Source: Lama guanicoe
Taxonomy: Eukaryota
Assembly: GCA_013239625.1 (NCBI GenBank)
Contig: MU056000.1
Span: 8,223,214 to 8,287,213 of the forward strand
DNA: 64,000 nucleotides
Reading direction: 5' to 3'
The notes beneath the pieces are model-generated. The model did not search any database, was not told the DNA's origin, and was given only the letters and a program-made list of their open reading frames with translations. Of the stretch, positions 26,620 through 40,426 are shown piece by piece. Position numbers and translations under genes: made by a program. Within the stretch, counting starts at the first letter, position 1, and each line of letters begins with the position of its first letter.

Positions 26620-27697
26620 GTAGACATCTATTTTGTTGTCTTTAACTTTCAGTAGCACCTGAGAAAATCCCCAATGTCCTTTGACTGAAGGTTAAAACCT
26701 CCTGTGGCAAGGAACTTCTAGAAGGGTCAGTAGAGTCCCATCCCCAAAACTCTGTTAAGTTCTAAGTACTCCCCAGGAAGGGAGGACACCTGGACCAATT
26801 TGAACAGATCAAGAAGACAATCAGAAGAATGTGAGCCCTGAGCGGGGCAGCTGGATCCATAGGGGGAGGTGACCAGAAGAAAGGGGAGGATAGTCTAGAT
26901 GGAAGGGGCCGCATGCCCATGACCATGTGAGACGGGAAAGAGTAGCGTATTGATGGAATTGCAGAGGAGGGAATGGGTCCTTCGCAGACACGTTTCTGAT
27001 TTATGTGGCACGCAGCCGAAGCCCACACAGGTGGAGGATGGGTTTGGGCAGAACGTAGGCAAAAGATGAGGCAGGATGCTGTTCGAGGGGTCTGTGGGGA
27101 ATATGACAAGGGCATGGGCACAGGCAGGTCCTGTGGGACTTAGAAGAGCCTAGTCTGGGAGAGGACCGGGTAACTCCCAGGGCTGCCAGACCGAGACCTC
27201 CTTGACAGGTCTTCGCCCGAGGAACGGATGTGACCCCATTAGTAGGCACCTGGCCAGAGGGCGGACGTGGGCTGTCAGCAAGAGGGGTGTGGCCATGGCC
27301 TAAATAAGGGGCCTCTTCTATACCAATAATCTTCCTGACTCAGGCCTGGATGGTTCTGAGGAATCAGGCGGAAGGTATGGAACCAAACTCTCTAGTTGTA
27401 GGAGGGAGAAGGACCCAAGAGCTTGGAAAGGTTTGACCTGAAATCAGTGCGGACAGTCAAGATAGGAAGGTGAGAAGGCACACAGTGAAAGTGTAGCTGC
27501 AGTAAGAAGCACCGATAATTCTATTCTAGAGGACTGACATTAGCATTTAGACAGCCACTAACTGATCTGAATTCTGCAAGCTACGATAATGAATTTGGAT
27601 GCTTAGAAAAGTCTGTGAAGGGTTTAAGAGATCACAGTGTTCCTATGTGCAGCTACTTTTCCCCTAGATACGTGGACGCAGAAGCTGATACGCTACA
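26620..27697 (+). mobile_element. Ancient LTR (LTR78-like)
   Basis: The 5' part (tattttgttgtctttaac…cagtag…gagaaaatccccaatgtcc…aagttctaagtactcccc…cacctggaccaatt) resembles LTR78 as I recall it. G-rich body, TATA-like ctaaataa at ~27300, ends …gctaCA. Confidence 0.55.
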
Positions 27698-29620
27698 ATA
27701 ATAGATATCTCCAGATTCTCCCTTCTCCAAATTCTCAGCATCCTCTCTTATGATTTGATTGACTATGATAAATCTGGCTGTTACAAATGCATACTAGTAA
27801 TATCTTTTTATTAACTTTAAACTGTCAATGTAACTCCAGGAAACAGGAGCAATTTCCTAATGCCAATAAAGGCAGAGGAAAGCCAAATTACATCTATTAG
27901 TCATTTTTATCATTTATATAAAAAAAACTGAAAAATATTTTATTTTGTTTCATGTCCTCTAGGAAACTCTCTCACCTCTCCTTAAGAAGTACGAAACGAC
28001 ATCTAAATCATCACTCTTTATCTGTTCTCCTTTTTCAAAAATTGTTTACATTTCTATTTTTTCTTTTAATTTTTAAATACCCCCTTTTCATGTGCTAACT
28101 AGGTTAGTCTATCACCCTTGATATAGACTTGAATTTCCAAACGTGCATTTCTGAAGCTGAGCAAACAACTAGGTTATGACAAAAAAAAGAACAGTGGAAG
28201 TCATGTATCAGGATTTTCTCCAGTGAAATATCAGTAAATCGCTTGTATTATTCAACTGTAGATTCATACATTCAATACTTCCAAAATACAAAGTAATGAA
28301 GCTTGATGCAAGACATATTATACAGCTACATGGAAAAGGGAAATAATTAGGCAGTCATCCACACTCAGGACTGTATTTAATATATATTTAATACAGAATT
28401 ATTGATTATGTATCATGGGCTGTGAGCTAGGAATACAAAATATAGTGTAAATAATCAGAAGTTGACATGGGATAATTTTCCTGTCGAATTTGGTAGTTAA
28501 CAGATGTGTTCTATTCATGAAACACTGGACCTAAGAAAAGAAATCAACTCAAATTTTAAGAATTCCAAAGGTAATCTCATAGATGCAACATCTAAATGCA
28601 GCCAGACCTAGTGACAACTATACTGGTCTCTGACTTTCAGGAATCACAGAGTCTCTCTCTATTGGACTGCCCTCTGTCACCACAGAGTCCTCCACCAGCA
28701 CCCAATCCACATGGCCACCATCTCCTAGCACCCACCATTGGATGTCACAGATTTGGGGCACTTATTTCACATTCCCAAGAGTACAAAACTAATTTCTTGC
28801 AGGCCAGTCACTGGATGAATCACCCTTGGGTTAGATATCCATCTCTGATCCAATCAGAAGTTGCGAACTGAGGCACAGGATATAGAATGGTCCCCTAGAC
28901 GTGCTGTTACCAAGAGCCGGAGGTGGGTGAAACAAAACAAAAGATGTAGAGTATGCAAAAGTATCACCCAGAAAGATTAGGAATATGAATTGAAAACGTA
29001 ATCTGACCAACAGGGAAACAATGGGTTTCAAAGCAAAATACTATAGTTCTAAATTCAACAGTGTTTATGGACCTAAAAAACCTTACAGACTTCGCTTCTT
29101 AGGTGATGTTCACGATTAAAAAAAGCTCTTCAAATATGAACAACCACATGTACAAAATCGAATACACACTTATAAATACTATTTTCTCTATACATTAGTC
29201 TCATCACCTTCAACCAGAACCTTCTGATAACAATTTCAAGTAGACATAATTCATTTTGCCTTTTTCTTGTCCATCCTGCTCTAGTTAATTTGGGTGTTCA
29301 GACAAGCCTATGATGCATTTAAGAGATCACAATGTACCTATTTGCAACTATGTATAGCCTGGGTACTTGGATGCAGAAGCAGATACACTTCTGTGTACCT
29401 AAAATAAGGCTTTACAATTGAAAATGCTATTCCATCCAAGAAATTTAGACTCACAAGAGGCGCAATGATTCCCATTTAAAGGTTATCACCATTGGACGAT
29501 GTAAAGAACCATGTTAAAAGACGAATGGCAGGTGGCTCCACTAGAAACATTCCAACTACAAATTAATCCCACAGCAATAAAATATCTTAGAGCAATGGAT
29601 ACAAGGATTTTTTAATTATT

Positions 29621-29999
29621 TTGTGGCAGCAGTTGGTTAGAGAGTACCAAACTCATGTCCCCGCTTCCTGGGCAGAGTGACTACAGACCTCAAGACTAGG
29701 AATCCCTGCCCCACTTCCATCTATGGGAGGGCATGTGACTACATTTCACCAATGGACTATGGCTGCAGTGATGTAATTGATGATGCAATTGATGATGAGG
29801 CCATACGGGATGGCAGGGCTCTCAAGAGAGAAGCTGGGTCATTAATTACTGCATGGAAGGGCAGCAGGGAAGCAGCCCCCTGACCAGCATCCACCTCTTC
29901 TATCTGTTGCATGAATGAGAAACAAATCGCTCTTGTGTCAAGCCACTATAACATGGGAGTTTATTTGCCACAGCAATCATTGTTCCTTAAAAATGCACA
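29621..29999 (+). mobile_element. MaLR LTR (MLT1H/J-like)
   Basis: gggcatgtgactacatttcaccaatggac…atgagaaacaaatc…ttgtgtcaagccact…gtttatttgccacagca. Confidence 0.6.
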
Positions 30000-30669
30000 A
30001 TGTCAAACACATTACAGAACAAAATGACAGGAAATTCCAATGCATCTTTGAGAAATAAAAATTGTCTCATAGAGCTTTATGTTTCTTCCACACTCACACT
30101 CATACTCACACACACTTATATTTTTACAAATGAAAACATGGTCTTTAGGCAGATAACTTATTTTTTGGTCAAGTGACTAAGTTTTGTTTTTAAATACTTC
30201 ATAATCTCAAGTCAAGCCTTAACTGAATAATCATTCTACGTATGGATTTGAAATGTCTTCACACACGGAAACTGCATGTGTGGCTGGTATTTGAGGAGCA
30301 ATTTTATAATGTAGCATCAGATATTAGCAAACAATGCAAGTAAATGTCAAAACGTCAAACTCTTTCATTTCCAGAATCTGCAACTCTGGATCATTTAGAA
30401 AAAAGAACCAAACTGAGAGACTGACATGGCATCTCCTCATCTCCAGGAAGCTGACTAAATGCAAAGCTTCCGTTTTGTGTAAAATTATGCATAATTTGTA
30501 TTCAGGGCAGGCATACATTTTGTGAAAGGCGTCTCCAGTACAAATCAGGCCATTTCAGACACCTTCTGAACATCTTAAATCAGGTCGGTTACAGTTCCTT
30601 CCCAACATCTGACTGAATGTTCCAGCTCCACTGCCAGGTTTGTCAGGAGAAGATAAACAGCACCATTTA

Positions 30670-30882
<213 letters not shown>

Positions 30883-32315
30883 CTATACGGAAAGTGGAAT
30901 TCAGACCAAAAAGACAGGATGGCCCAGGGGAAAAACAGGATTTCTCAAGACGTCAGATTTGAGAAGCAGAGGTTGCTGATGTGAACTCATGGCTGAGACG
31001 TTCAGACAGACCTGAGTTCTCATCATAGTCCTGGGACCTGATAAGTTATTCAGTCTTTCTAAGGATCAGTTTCAGTACCTGCAAAATGGGTTTACAATAC
31101 TCATTAGGTTGAGGTGAGGATTAAATGAGACACCAAGAAGAATAAGCCTGTGTTATGTTTGGCAAATGGCCAGCACTCAACAGAGATCAATACTCCTGTC
31201 ACCAAAAGTGAAAGGCTTAGTAAACTACGTTTATGTGACTTGGAGCATGTGTTTAGTCGCTACTGGCCATCTAGCTGCTTTTATACACTAATTTGGTATT
31301 TAAATTATTTATATATTGTAGCTTGAAGAAAATAATGCTTTAAACCTACATTTTTCATGCTTTAAGTTCCAGCAGAACAAGGACACTGATTCCATACAGT
31401 CTAATTACAAAGAGAATAACCACGATATTTCACTTGTCACTTAAAAAACAGCCAACTGGACCAACGAAGAACGCTTCTACAAAGCTACCAAAAATCCACT
31501 GTTAAAGGATTAACTTTAATAAAAAATAAGATTCAATTAGTATGTCAAGGACCTTAGCTGTTCCAACCACAGGGACTTCTGTACTATTTTTTAATCTTTA
31601 CATTTTATTTTTCTATACACTGAAGTTTTTTTTAACAGACATAATTATAGTAAATCATGTATTTTAACTAAAAAATTAAGAAAAAGTTTTTACAATATCA
31701 CAGCTAACTTCTTTTAAAAATGAATGATTTGCACAGTTGTGTTTTGGAGATGGGAAGACCTCTAAGAAAGCTGTAAAAATAGTGTGGGGGTAACTTGGCA
31801 GATACAGTTGATACACAGCACTGTATAAAGTTTCAGGTGCACAGCAGAATGATTTGACTTATGTACATCACAAAATAATTATTACATCACAGGGATATGT
31901 CTTCCCAGAAAAGATGAGTTTATTTTATTTGCTACCCTGTGATGTTCCAGGGTGAGATCTTTAAAAAGTAGTGGCAGCCTCTGCATACGTGAAAAACACC
32001 CTTGCTCTTTTCCAAAGGGCAGATTTTTATGTTGACATTATTTCAGGGATCTCAGCAAGGGACACTGTACAAATGAGAGCTCAGCTTTTCCCTTTATGGT
32101 GAAACATATTGTTGAAGCTTAAGTTTTTCTTCTCCTCTATGAAGGGCAGCAAGGATTATTTGGAAGCAATGAATACTAAGATCTCTGCTGACTGCATCTT
32201 GTGTATCTAACCTCCTCTTCTTCTCCCTGAAAGTTCTGCTGCTTTTCTGGGGGAGTTCCTTTCCATAAACACATGCAAGTTCTAGAAGATGTTCTTTTCC
32301 AGCCTTTATAATACA

Positions 32316-32794
32316 CAGGCATGCCTCAGAGACACTGCAGGCTTGGTTCCAGACCACCATAATAAGGGCATCATCACAGAGAAGTGAGTTCCACAAGGTT
32401 TTGTTTTCCCAGTTCATACAAAAGTTATGTTTACACTAGACTGTAGTCTGTTAAGTGTTCAATAACCTTATGTCTAAAAAAAGTACATATCTTAATTTAT
32501 AAATCTTCATTGCTAAAATATTAACCATCATCTGAGCCTTCACCAAGTCATAATCTTTTTGCAATAGTTAACGTCAAAGATCACTGATTACAGATCACCT
32601 TAACAAATATAATAATAGTGAAAAAGTCTGAAATATTGTGAGAATTACCAAAATACGACACAGAGACATGACACAGTAAATGATGTTGGAAAAATGGCGC
32701 CAATAGACTTGCTCAATGCAGGGTTACCCCAGACCTTCAATTTGTAAAAAATGCAGTATCTGTGTGTGAAGCACCATAAAACAAGGTATGTCGG
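32316..32794 (+). mobile_element. Tigger1-derived non-autonomous DNA transposon (TcMar-Tigger)
   Basis: TIR-like ends CAGGCATGCCTC… and …AAGGTATGTCGG|TA. Internal ggttccagaccacc…aaaatggcgccaatagacttgctcaatgcagggtt matches Tigger1 termini. Confidence 0.85.
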
Positions 32795-32999
32795 TATATT
32801 TTATCTCAAATATGTCTGCATAACAGGAAACCAGCTCATACCTTTGAGTTGATAATGCCTTAAAAACATTAATAGTTACAGATTATACAGAACTCCTCAT
32901 AGGTAAGTAGAAATTCATTGTTTGTATTATCCGAATTAGTTTAATTCACTGCATGTTTGCATATGTTACCAGCAGTCCAGTATGGCGAGACGGTGAAGC

Positions 33000-34265
33000 A
33001 ATCCGAGTCAGGACATAAGAACCTTCTTGGGCTCCTGCTAGGACAGACGCTGCCCTGGGGTGCGCTTGCTGAAGGCTCTGGCTTCACATTTCCTTCACAT
33101 CAGTTTTATAGAGCTTACGAGTGCTCTACCCCAGGTCTCAGGAATTACGGCGTTTCCCAGCTTGGCTGAGGGGATGCAAACACATATCCTTGGCGCTGGC
33201 GTGAGCACCAGGGACTGTTTCCTCCCATCCTTCCCGAGAGATCTTTCACTGCTCCCTGGCAGTCTCCTGATATACATGGGCTGCTCAGTTCTCTGCTGAA
33301 CAGTCGAAGGGGACCCTCTGCAGCTCTCAAGGGTTCGCCTTCTGAGCAGCAATCACCTTTCTTCTTTTTTGCCCTGCAAATTCCAGCCTCCTTTACCTCC
33401 CGGACTCTCAGCGCTGTCTCCATCTCAGGGAGTGCTCTGGGCTCTGCCTGGGTCCTCCCTTCTCCACTGTGCTGGGGAGACTCTCTCAGGGCGGCAAGCT
33501 GGGGCAGCCGTAGGACTCACCGCACCTGCTTTGTATCTCGTTAGAATCACTGTCCTTCATCGCCTGAAGTTCTTCTGGTGTCATCGTTCTTGCTGTTTTT
33601 TGTTTGTTTTGGGGTGGAGGAAAGTGCAGCATTTATTGTAAAGGCACCAGTCCAAGGGGGACGGGTGGCTTGTGCTCTGAGACCCCCAGCTCCCAGAGGG
33701 TTTCAGCAAGGCATTTTTAAAGAGCAGGTGAGGGAGGGCAGCGTGTCGCTGGGTACGTGATCAGCTTGTGCACAGTTCTCTGACTGGTTGATGGTGAGAT
33801 CATAGGGCAGGTAACGCGACCAATCCTTAGGCGCCAGTAGGTCTGGGGGCTCATGATCATCAAGGAGTTAATTTCGTCCATTCAGCGGTGGTTTTAGCAT
33901 CTGTAAAACAGCTCGGGAAGTGTGCACCAGATCCTCTGATCTGGGTACTTCGGAGAGGGGCTACAGCAGAGGATACGGGGAAGGGTCTGTCCTGGGAAAG
34001 CCCCACAGGGTCCTGCTCGGTTACATTTTCTGTAACTGGTCTGAGAAGGTTCCATTTGTGGGACTGCTTCCGCCAACCTGCACCGTCATCAGCAACCACA
34101 TCAAGAAGACGACTTGCTCTTCTGGAATTCAGGTGTTTTTTGCTGCCACCTCGCATGTCTACAAAACTGCTATTTCCTATTTTTATATTTATTTTTTTGT
34201 CACTGTTATTGTTTCAGGTGGGAAGGTATTTCTGGGCATTGTTCCTCTCTTAGCTGAAAGCTGAA
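33000..34265 (-). mobile_element. Old L1M 5'-region fragments flanking an inserted LTR
   Basis: The segments 33300-33590 and 34190-34265 resemble L1M4/L1MC 5' ends (ggactcacc…tcactgtcctt…; tcaggtgggaaggtatttctgg…cattgttcctc). Confidence 0.45.
33615..34025 (-). mobile_element. ERV1-class solo LTR, 3'-truncated, sense to CTNND2
   Basis: Minus strand starts TGTAACCGAGCAGGACCCTGTGGGGC. TATA-like TTTAAAAA at 33721-33714 and AATAAA at 33637-33632. Layout is related to the 12945 LTR. Confidence 0.8.
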
Positions 34266-35934
34266 AGGTTTGTAAGAATTAGCTATTTCTCCCCCAAGCT
34301 AGACTTGTAAATATTTATTTTCCACTGTATTTAAAAATTCATACTAAATGTACTACTAAAGAGCGAAGTACTTAAGTTTTCATCTGTTTCCTTTAATTTT
34401 GTTCACTATTATAGTATCAAAAATAGAAGCTAATTTGGGTTACTTGTTTCTTTTGTTTGCACAATGAGTTTTTAATTGAATCAGCATTTCTTTATAAAGG
34501 AAGCTGAATCAATGTGTTTTTAAAATGTCCATTCAATAAATGTTTACTTAGTCATCACATATATGACACAAGCAATTAATTAAGTGAATGTTCCCTCTGA
34601 GCTTTGCTAAGGAGTACACAGTAAATGTCAAGGTCTTCAAGGAGCAAGAATGTTTGTCCTTTGCATCTAATAACCTATAGTTTATTAATAAAATAACACA
34701 AAACACAAGAATAAAGTTGGAGGCAGAAATATTTATTGAGCACTTACTACTGAGTGTGTAACTACTAGGACAGCATGTAAGGAGGAAACAATCCTGCTGG
34801 GTTGTCACTGGTTTCTAGAACACTCCTGGCACACAGTAGGTGCTCAATAAATATCTATTAAATAAATGCATCCACACTAAGTGCTTTACACATGTTGCCT
34901 TGCATAAACACCATAAAACTGCTATTTCTTCAGTTCTGTTTTTTTTTCCCTTACTTTACAAAAATGTTAAGGTAATTACACTGAAAGGATTGGCCTTGGC
35001 CAGGGAAGAAACTCTTCCTTCAAAGTAGAAGAGAGAATGAGATCAAGGATGATGTTTTAGGCGATCTGGACATAAGGATGGAAATGCTGAAGGCACTAAT
35101 ATTAGATGGACTAACTATTCCCAGTACTGTCGATTTTTTTGCTCCAGAGCCCACAGCAATCCAGTAATGTAGAGACATCTGATGTCAGCGCAAACTATGA
35201 AGTTCATTAACATTCATATTAAGACTCATCATTTAAATGATTTTTACTTGTATGAACTCTAAGGATGGGGTTCTGAAATGCCTTAGTGCACCGTCACTAC
35301 TGTTATAGTCATTTTTACCTTACCTCAACCCAAGGGCCTAGGACTCATAGGGAGGGCTGTTTTTGCCGCAGCACATCACTGGGGCTGGGAACTCAAAGGA
35401 CCTAAGCTGGTCTTATGCTTGGAATTGAAACTGACCTTAGAATTGGGAAATAGAGAAGCTGCAACTGAGAGTATTCCAAAGGGAGACACTTAAACTGTGG
35501 TTTGAGTAGAGAGAGAACCTTGCCCATTTCTCACTTTGATGTTTGCAGGGAGAACAGACCTCTCAGGACTGAATAATTCCTGAGCATCTTAGACACTTTG
35601 GGATGAAAGGGCATTCAAGGAAGGGATGTCGCTAATAAGGCCAGCTGGGTACCCAAGAAATCAGTCAGAAAAACTAAAACGATGGAGATACATTTAGTGA
35701 AATTTGTAGTATTGGTTGTAAGTGAATATGTGCTATTAAATTAATTCAGTGAATATGAGACTATAAAGAGAGATGAGAAGAAGAGTGAAGAAATATCTTT
35801 GAAGGTTATCTGGATTGGAGGATAGAAAGAACAAGAGAAGCCAGCAAGATAAATACAAGAATGATCATGAGGCAGAAGACCACTAATATAGCTTCCCCTG
35901 GACAGTTTCAGTGAAGTGATGATATAAATTACTG

Positions 35935-37185
35935 ATGATATAAAAAGTGATATGACACCAAAAATACAGGACACACAAGGAAAGACAGACAAGTAGGACT
36001 ACATCAGACTAAAAAGCTTCCTTTCCTTTCAGCAAAGGAAACAGCCAACAGAGTGAAAAGGCAACCTATGGAGTGGAAGAAAATATTCAAAGGGGTTAAT
36101 TTCTAAAACAGATATGGAACTCGTATAACTCAAAAGTGAAAAAACAAAAAGAAATCAATTAAAAGTGGTAAAGTACTTGAATAGACATTTCTCCAAAGAA
36201 GGCATATAAATGGCCAACAAATATATAAAAAAGGTGCTCAACACCACTAATTATCAAGGAAATGCAAAACCAAACTGCAACCTGGTCTCACCTAAATACC
36301 TCTTAGGATGGTTATTATTAAAAGAGCAAAAGATAGCAAGTATTAGCGAGGATGTGGAGAAATTATACACTGTTGATGGAAATGTAAAATGGTGCAGCCA
36401 CTATGTAAACCAGTACGGAGGTTCTGGTTTACATACTTAAAAAGTTAAAAATAGAACTACTATATGATCTGGTAATCCCACGCCTGGGTATACGTCCAGA
36501 AGAACCGAAGTCAGAATCTAGAGGAGGTATCTACACTCCCATGCTCACTGCAGCATAATTCACAATAGCCAAGATATGTACAAAATTAAACAACTGGATA
36601 AAGAACCTATGGCATACACCATGAAATATGACTCAGCCTTAGAAAAGGAAAAAACTGAACTATTTGCGACAACACGGATGGACCTGGAAGACGTTATGCT
36701 AAGTGAAATAAGTCAGTTACAGTAAGACAAAAATTGCAATTCTGCTTATTTAACAGTATCTAAAATTGTCAAACCTCTAGAAGCAGAAAATAGAATGGCA
36801 GTTGCCAGGGGACAGGGAATGGGTAAAGGGCGGAGTCGTAGTTCAAGGGTATAAAGTTTCAGTTATTTACAAGATGAAGAAGTCTTGAGATCTGCGGTAT
36901 AACACAGTGCCTGTATTTACCAATAGTGCTGTACGTGTGAATTTTTCTTAAGAGGGTATATTTCATATTAAGTTTTCCTATCACCAAAGGGGAAAAAAAG
37001 AGGCAAAGGGACACAGGGAAACTTTTGGAGCAGATGATTATGCTTGTATGTATATTACTTTGATTGTGGTGATAGAATCCTGGGTGTATGTATGTGTCCA
37101 GACTCATCAAATTGTATACATTAAATATAGGCAGGGTTGGGGTTTTTTTTTTGTACAACAATTATACTAAATAAAATTGTTCAAA
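35935..37185 (+). mobile_element. Older LINE-1 3' region (L1MA/L1MB-like), followed by an L1MC-like 3' end
   Basis: Degenerate ORF2 3' end (…agagtgaaaaggcaacctatggagtggaagaaaatatt…aatagacatttctccaaagaag…) and typical L1M 3'UTR motifs. Confidence 0.8.
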
Positions 37186-38812
37186 AAAACCAAGAAGGAC
37201 ACAAAAATGTGATTTAGAAACTGTCCAGAGAAATTGGGATTCCATAAGAACAGTGAGTGGTTTAGAGAGGGCATCCTATGGTAAAGTTTTAAGAAAAAGC
37301 AAGTGGTGTCAGAGAACCTAACCCTCCATACTTGGTGGCAATTACCTTGTTTAGAGATCATAGAAATGTACAGAAGTAGTGGATGGATGATACCAAAATT
37401 CATTAAACGTTACGAAGAGTCAGATGTAAATGATTTTCACCCTTAGAATAGCACATTGTTGAGTCACATAATATATTAGGATTATTATAAGAAAAATTAT
37501 CATATAGTTTGATAACATTTTCTTAAAGAGTCTAAATTAATAATTAATTTGACTTAATTAAGTGGAATTTATTAAACGTTTTTAAGTAGATTAAAAACAT
37601 CTAAAGTCCCTTGAGGGGGCTTAGCTCACTCAGTATGAAAACTGAAATCAAAACACATGTACTCATAGCTTCATTAATTCCTTCAATAAATATTTTATTT
37701 AACCTTGTGGCACGGCATCAGTTGGGACCACACACGCTAGGTTTGAGAAAGTGGGAAAATTTAGATTGAACAGAGAATTAAGTAAAACTAGATTTGCCAT
37801 GATTTCACTCATACAAGAAAATGGAAAAGAGACTGAAGTGGAGAATGGAGAGGATGGATGAGATGCTGGATGGTGTGAGATAGACGTTTCCTACCACGTA
37901 GAGCTGGTCACTGGAACCCCAGGACTCAAGATTCAAAGTGCACAAGCCAGCCGGCCACAGTGGGAAGGGGGACCCGAAACATATCCCGAGACGGGCTGTG
38001 TGGACAGTACGTGCTCGGACATCGAGGTTGCTCCCCTCCGGTCGGAGAAAAGAGCACTGAGGGTGTCAGCACCCACCCAGACACACAACCGCGGTCCTGT
38101 GCTAAGCCCTCGCGTTTGATAATGAAACGATGGTGAGCACGAGGGTGAGGCGCAGAAAGGGGCGTGAGATCGGATAGGAGGAATCACCGCAGTGGCGGCT
38201 CCAGGGTTCCCTTCAAAGAGCCCTTGAGGAAAACTTGCTCCGCCTGTCGAATCAAGTTAGGTGAGAAAGGAAAACCTATTAGTGAGCAACAGAGGGTGCT
38301 GGTCCTGTTCAAGGTGCTAGTCCTGTGAGAACACTAAAAGGCTGAAATCTGACAGTTCAAGATTCAGTCAACTTTCCTGCTGCAGCCTCTACTTCTTCAA
38401 TTTGGGTCCATACCTAGTTTTATTTTGAGCAAATTCCTGGGTCAGTAATAAAGACAGCAACCATTCTCCAGGCTTGGGGACTGTCTGGGGCCATCTTGTT
38501 AATGACTCAGACTTCTAGGGGACTGATGCTCTGCCTGTGTGTGCTATTTCTGTGTCTTCTGTGGGCTTCATTTGATGGTCCCTTGGCCTGTCTAATGAGC
38601 CCTTCACTCAGTAAATACCTCTGCTTTCCCCTGACTTCTTCCATCCTCCCCGTCTAAGACTGTCCATGGCCTAATATCTCCCTGTCTCCTGCTGGAGTCT
38701 CAGCACATTGCCCATTTCATCCAGAGGCTCACTACAGCCTCCATATTTCACTTCCCCTATATCCTGCCCATCTTATCCGCAGATGAGATCTAGTTTTTAG
38801 AAGCAGCAATGA

Positions 38813-40426
38813 CACAGAAATAGAACAACTCATAATAAAATTTATATGGAACCACAAAAGACCTAGAATTGCCAAAGCATTACTGAAGAAAAAGAAAGAG
38901 ACTGGAGAATAACTCTCCCAGACTTCAGACAATACTATAGAGCTACAGTCATCAAGACAACATGGTATTGGTACAAAAACAGACATATAGACCAATGGAA
39001 CAGAATAGAGAGTCCAGAAATGAACCCACAAACTTTCAGTCAACTAATCTTCAACAAAGGAAGCAAGAACTTACAACGGAATAAAGACAGTCTCTTAAGC
39101 AAATGGCGTTGGGAAAACTGGACAGCAGCATGTAAATCAATGAAGCTAGAACACTCCCTCACACCATACACAAAAATAAACTCAAAATGGATCAACTTAA
39201 AATATATCAGACTTAAACATAAGACAAGATACAATAAATCTCCTAGAAGAAAATATAGGCAAAACATTATCTCACATACATCTCAAAAATGTTCTCCTAG
39301 GGCAGTCTATCCAAGCAATAGAAATAAAAGCAAGAATAAACAAATGGAACCTAATGAAACTTACAAGTTTCTGGACAGCAAAGGAAACCATTAATAAAAC
39401 AAAATGACAACCTACAGAATGGGAGAAAATTTTTGCAAACGATGAAACCAACAAAGGCTTGATATCCAGAATATATAAGCAGCTCATACGACATAAGAAA
39501 AAAAATAAACAACCCAATCCAAAAATGGGCAAAGACCTAAACAAGCAATTCTCCAAGGAAGAAATACAAATGGTCAATAGCACATGAAAAAATGTGCAAT
39601 CACTATCAGAGAAATGCAAATCAAAACTACAATGAGGCATCACCTCACACCAGTCAGAATGGCCATCATTCAAAAGTCCACAAATGACAAACACTGGAGA
39701 GGCTGTGGATAAAAGGGAACCCTCCTACACGGCTAGTGGGAATGCAGTTTGGTGCAGTCACTGTGGAAAACAGTATGGAGATTCCTCGAAAGACTAGGAA
39801 TAGACTTACCATATGACCCAGGAATTCCGCTCCTGGGCATATATCCAGAAGGAACCTTACTTCAAAAAGACACTTGCACCCCAACGTTCATAGCAGCACT
39901 ATTTACAATAGCCAAGACATGAAAATAGCCTAAATGTCCGTCAACAGATGACTGGATAAAGAAGTGGTATATTTATACAATGGAATACTATTCAGCCATG
40001 AAAACTGACAATATAATGCCATTTTCAGCAACATGGATGACCCTGGAGAATGTCATTCTAAGTGAAGTAAGCCAAAAAGAGAAAGAAAAAAAATCATATG
40101 AGATCACTCATATGTGGAATCTAAAACAAAAGAACATAAATACAAAACAGAAACAGACTCATAGACATAGAATACAAACTTGTGGTTGCCAAGGGGGCAG
40201 GGGGTGGGAAGGGACAGAATGAGATTTCAAAATTGTAGAATAGGTAAACAAGATTATTCTGTATAGCACAGGGAAATATATACAAGATCTTGTGGTAGCT
40301 CACAGCGAAAAACAAATGTGACAATGAATATATGTATGTTCATGTATAACTGTTGTGCTCTACACTGGAATTTGACACAACATTTTAAAATAACTATAAC
40401 TCAATAAAAAAAATTTAAAAAAAAAA
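38813..40426 (+). mobile_element. Young 5'-truncated LINE-1 (3' part of ORF2 with frameshifts, 3'UTR, poly-A)
   Basis: ORF2 peptides [17 protein letters not shown]…[28 protein letters not shown] and MEYYSAMK…PFSATWMTLENVILSEVSQ. AATAAA at 40403-40408 followed by an A-tail. Confidence 0.95.

Noticed and set aside
26763..27697. Possible endogenous bornavirus-like element (EQIKK…M*AL resembles BDV N; GCLEKSVK resembles a BDV L segment)
   Set aside because: The matches are only 4-6 residues, point to different viral proteins and are not colinear. The frame is full of stops. The DNA is better explained as an LTR78-like LTR.
39020..39394. L1 ORF2-like ORF as a functional gene
   Set aside because: It is a 5'-truncated, frameshifted retrotransposon fragment lacking the endonuclease and RT core.
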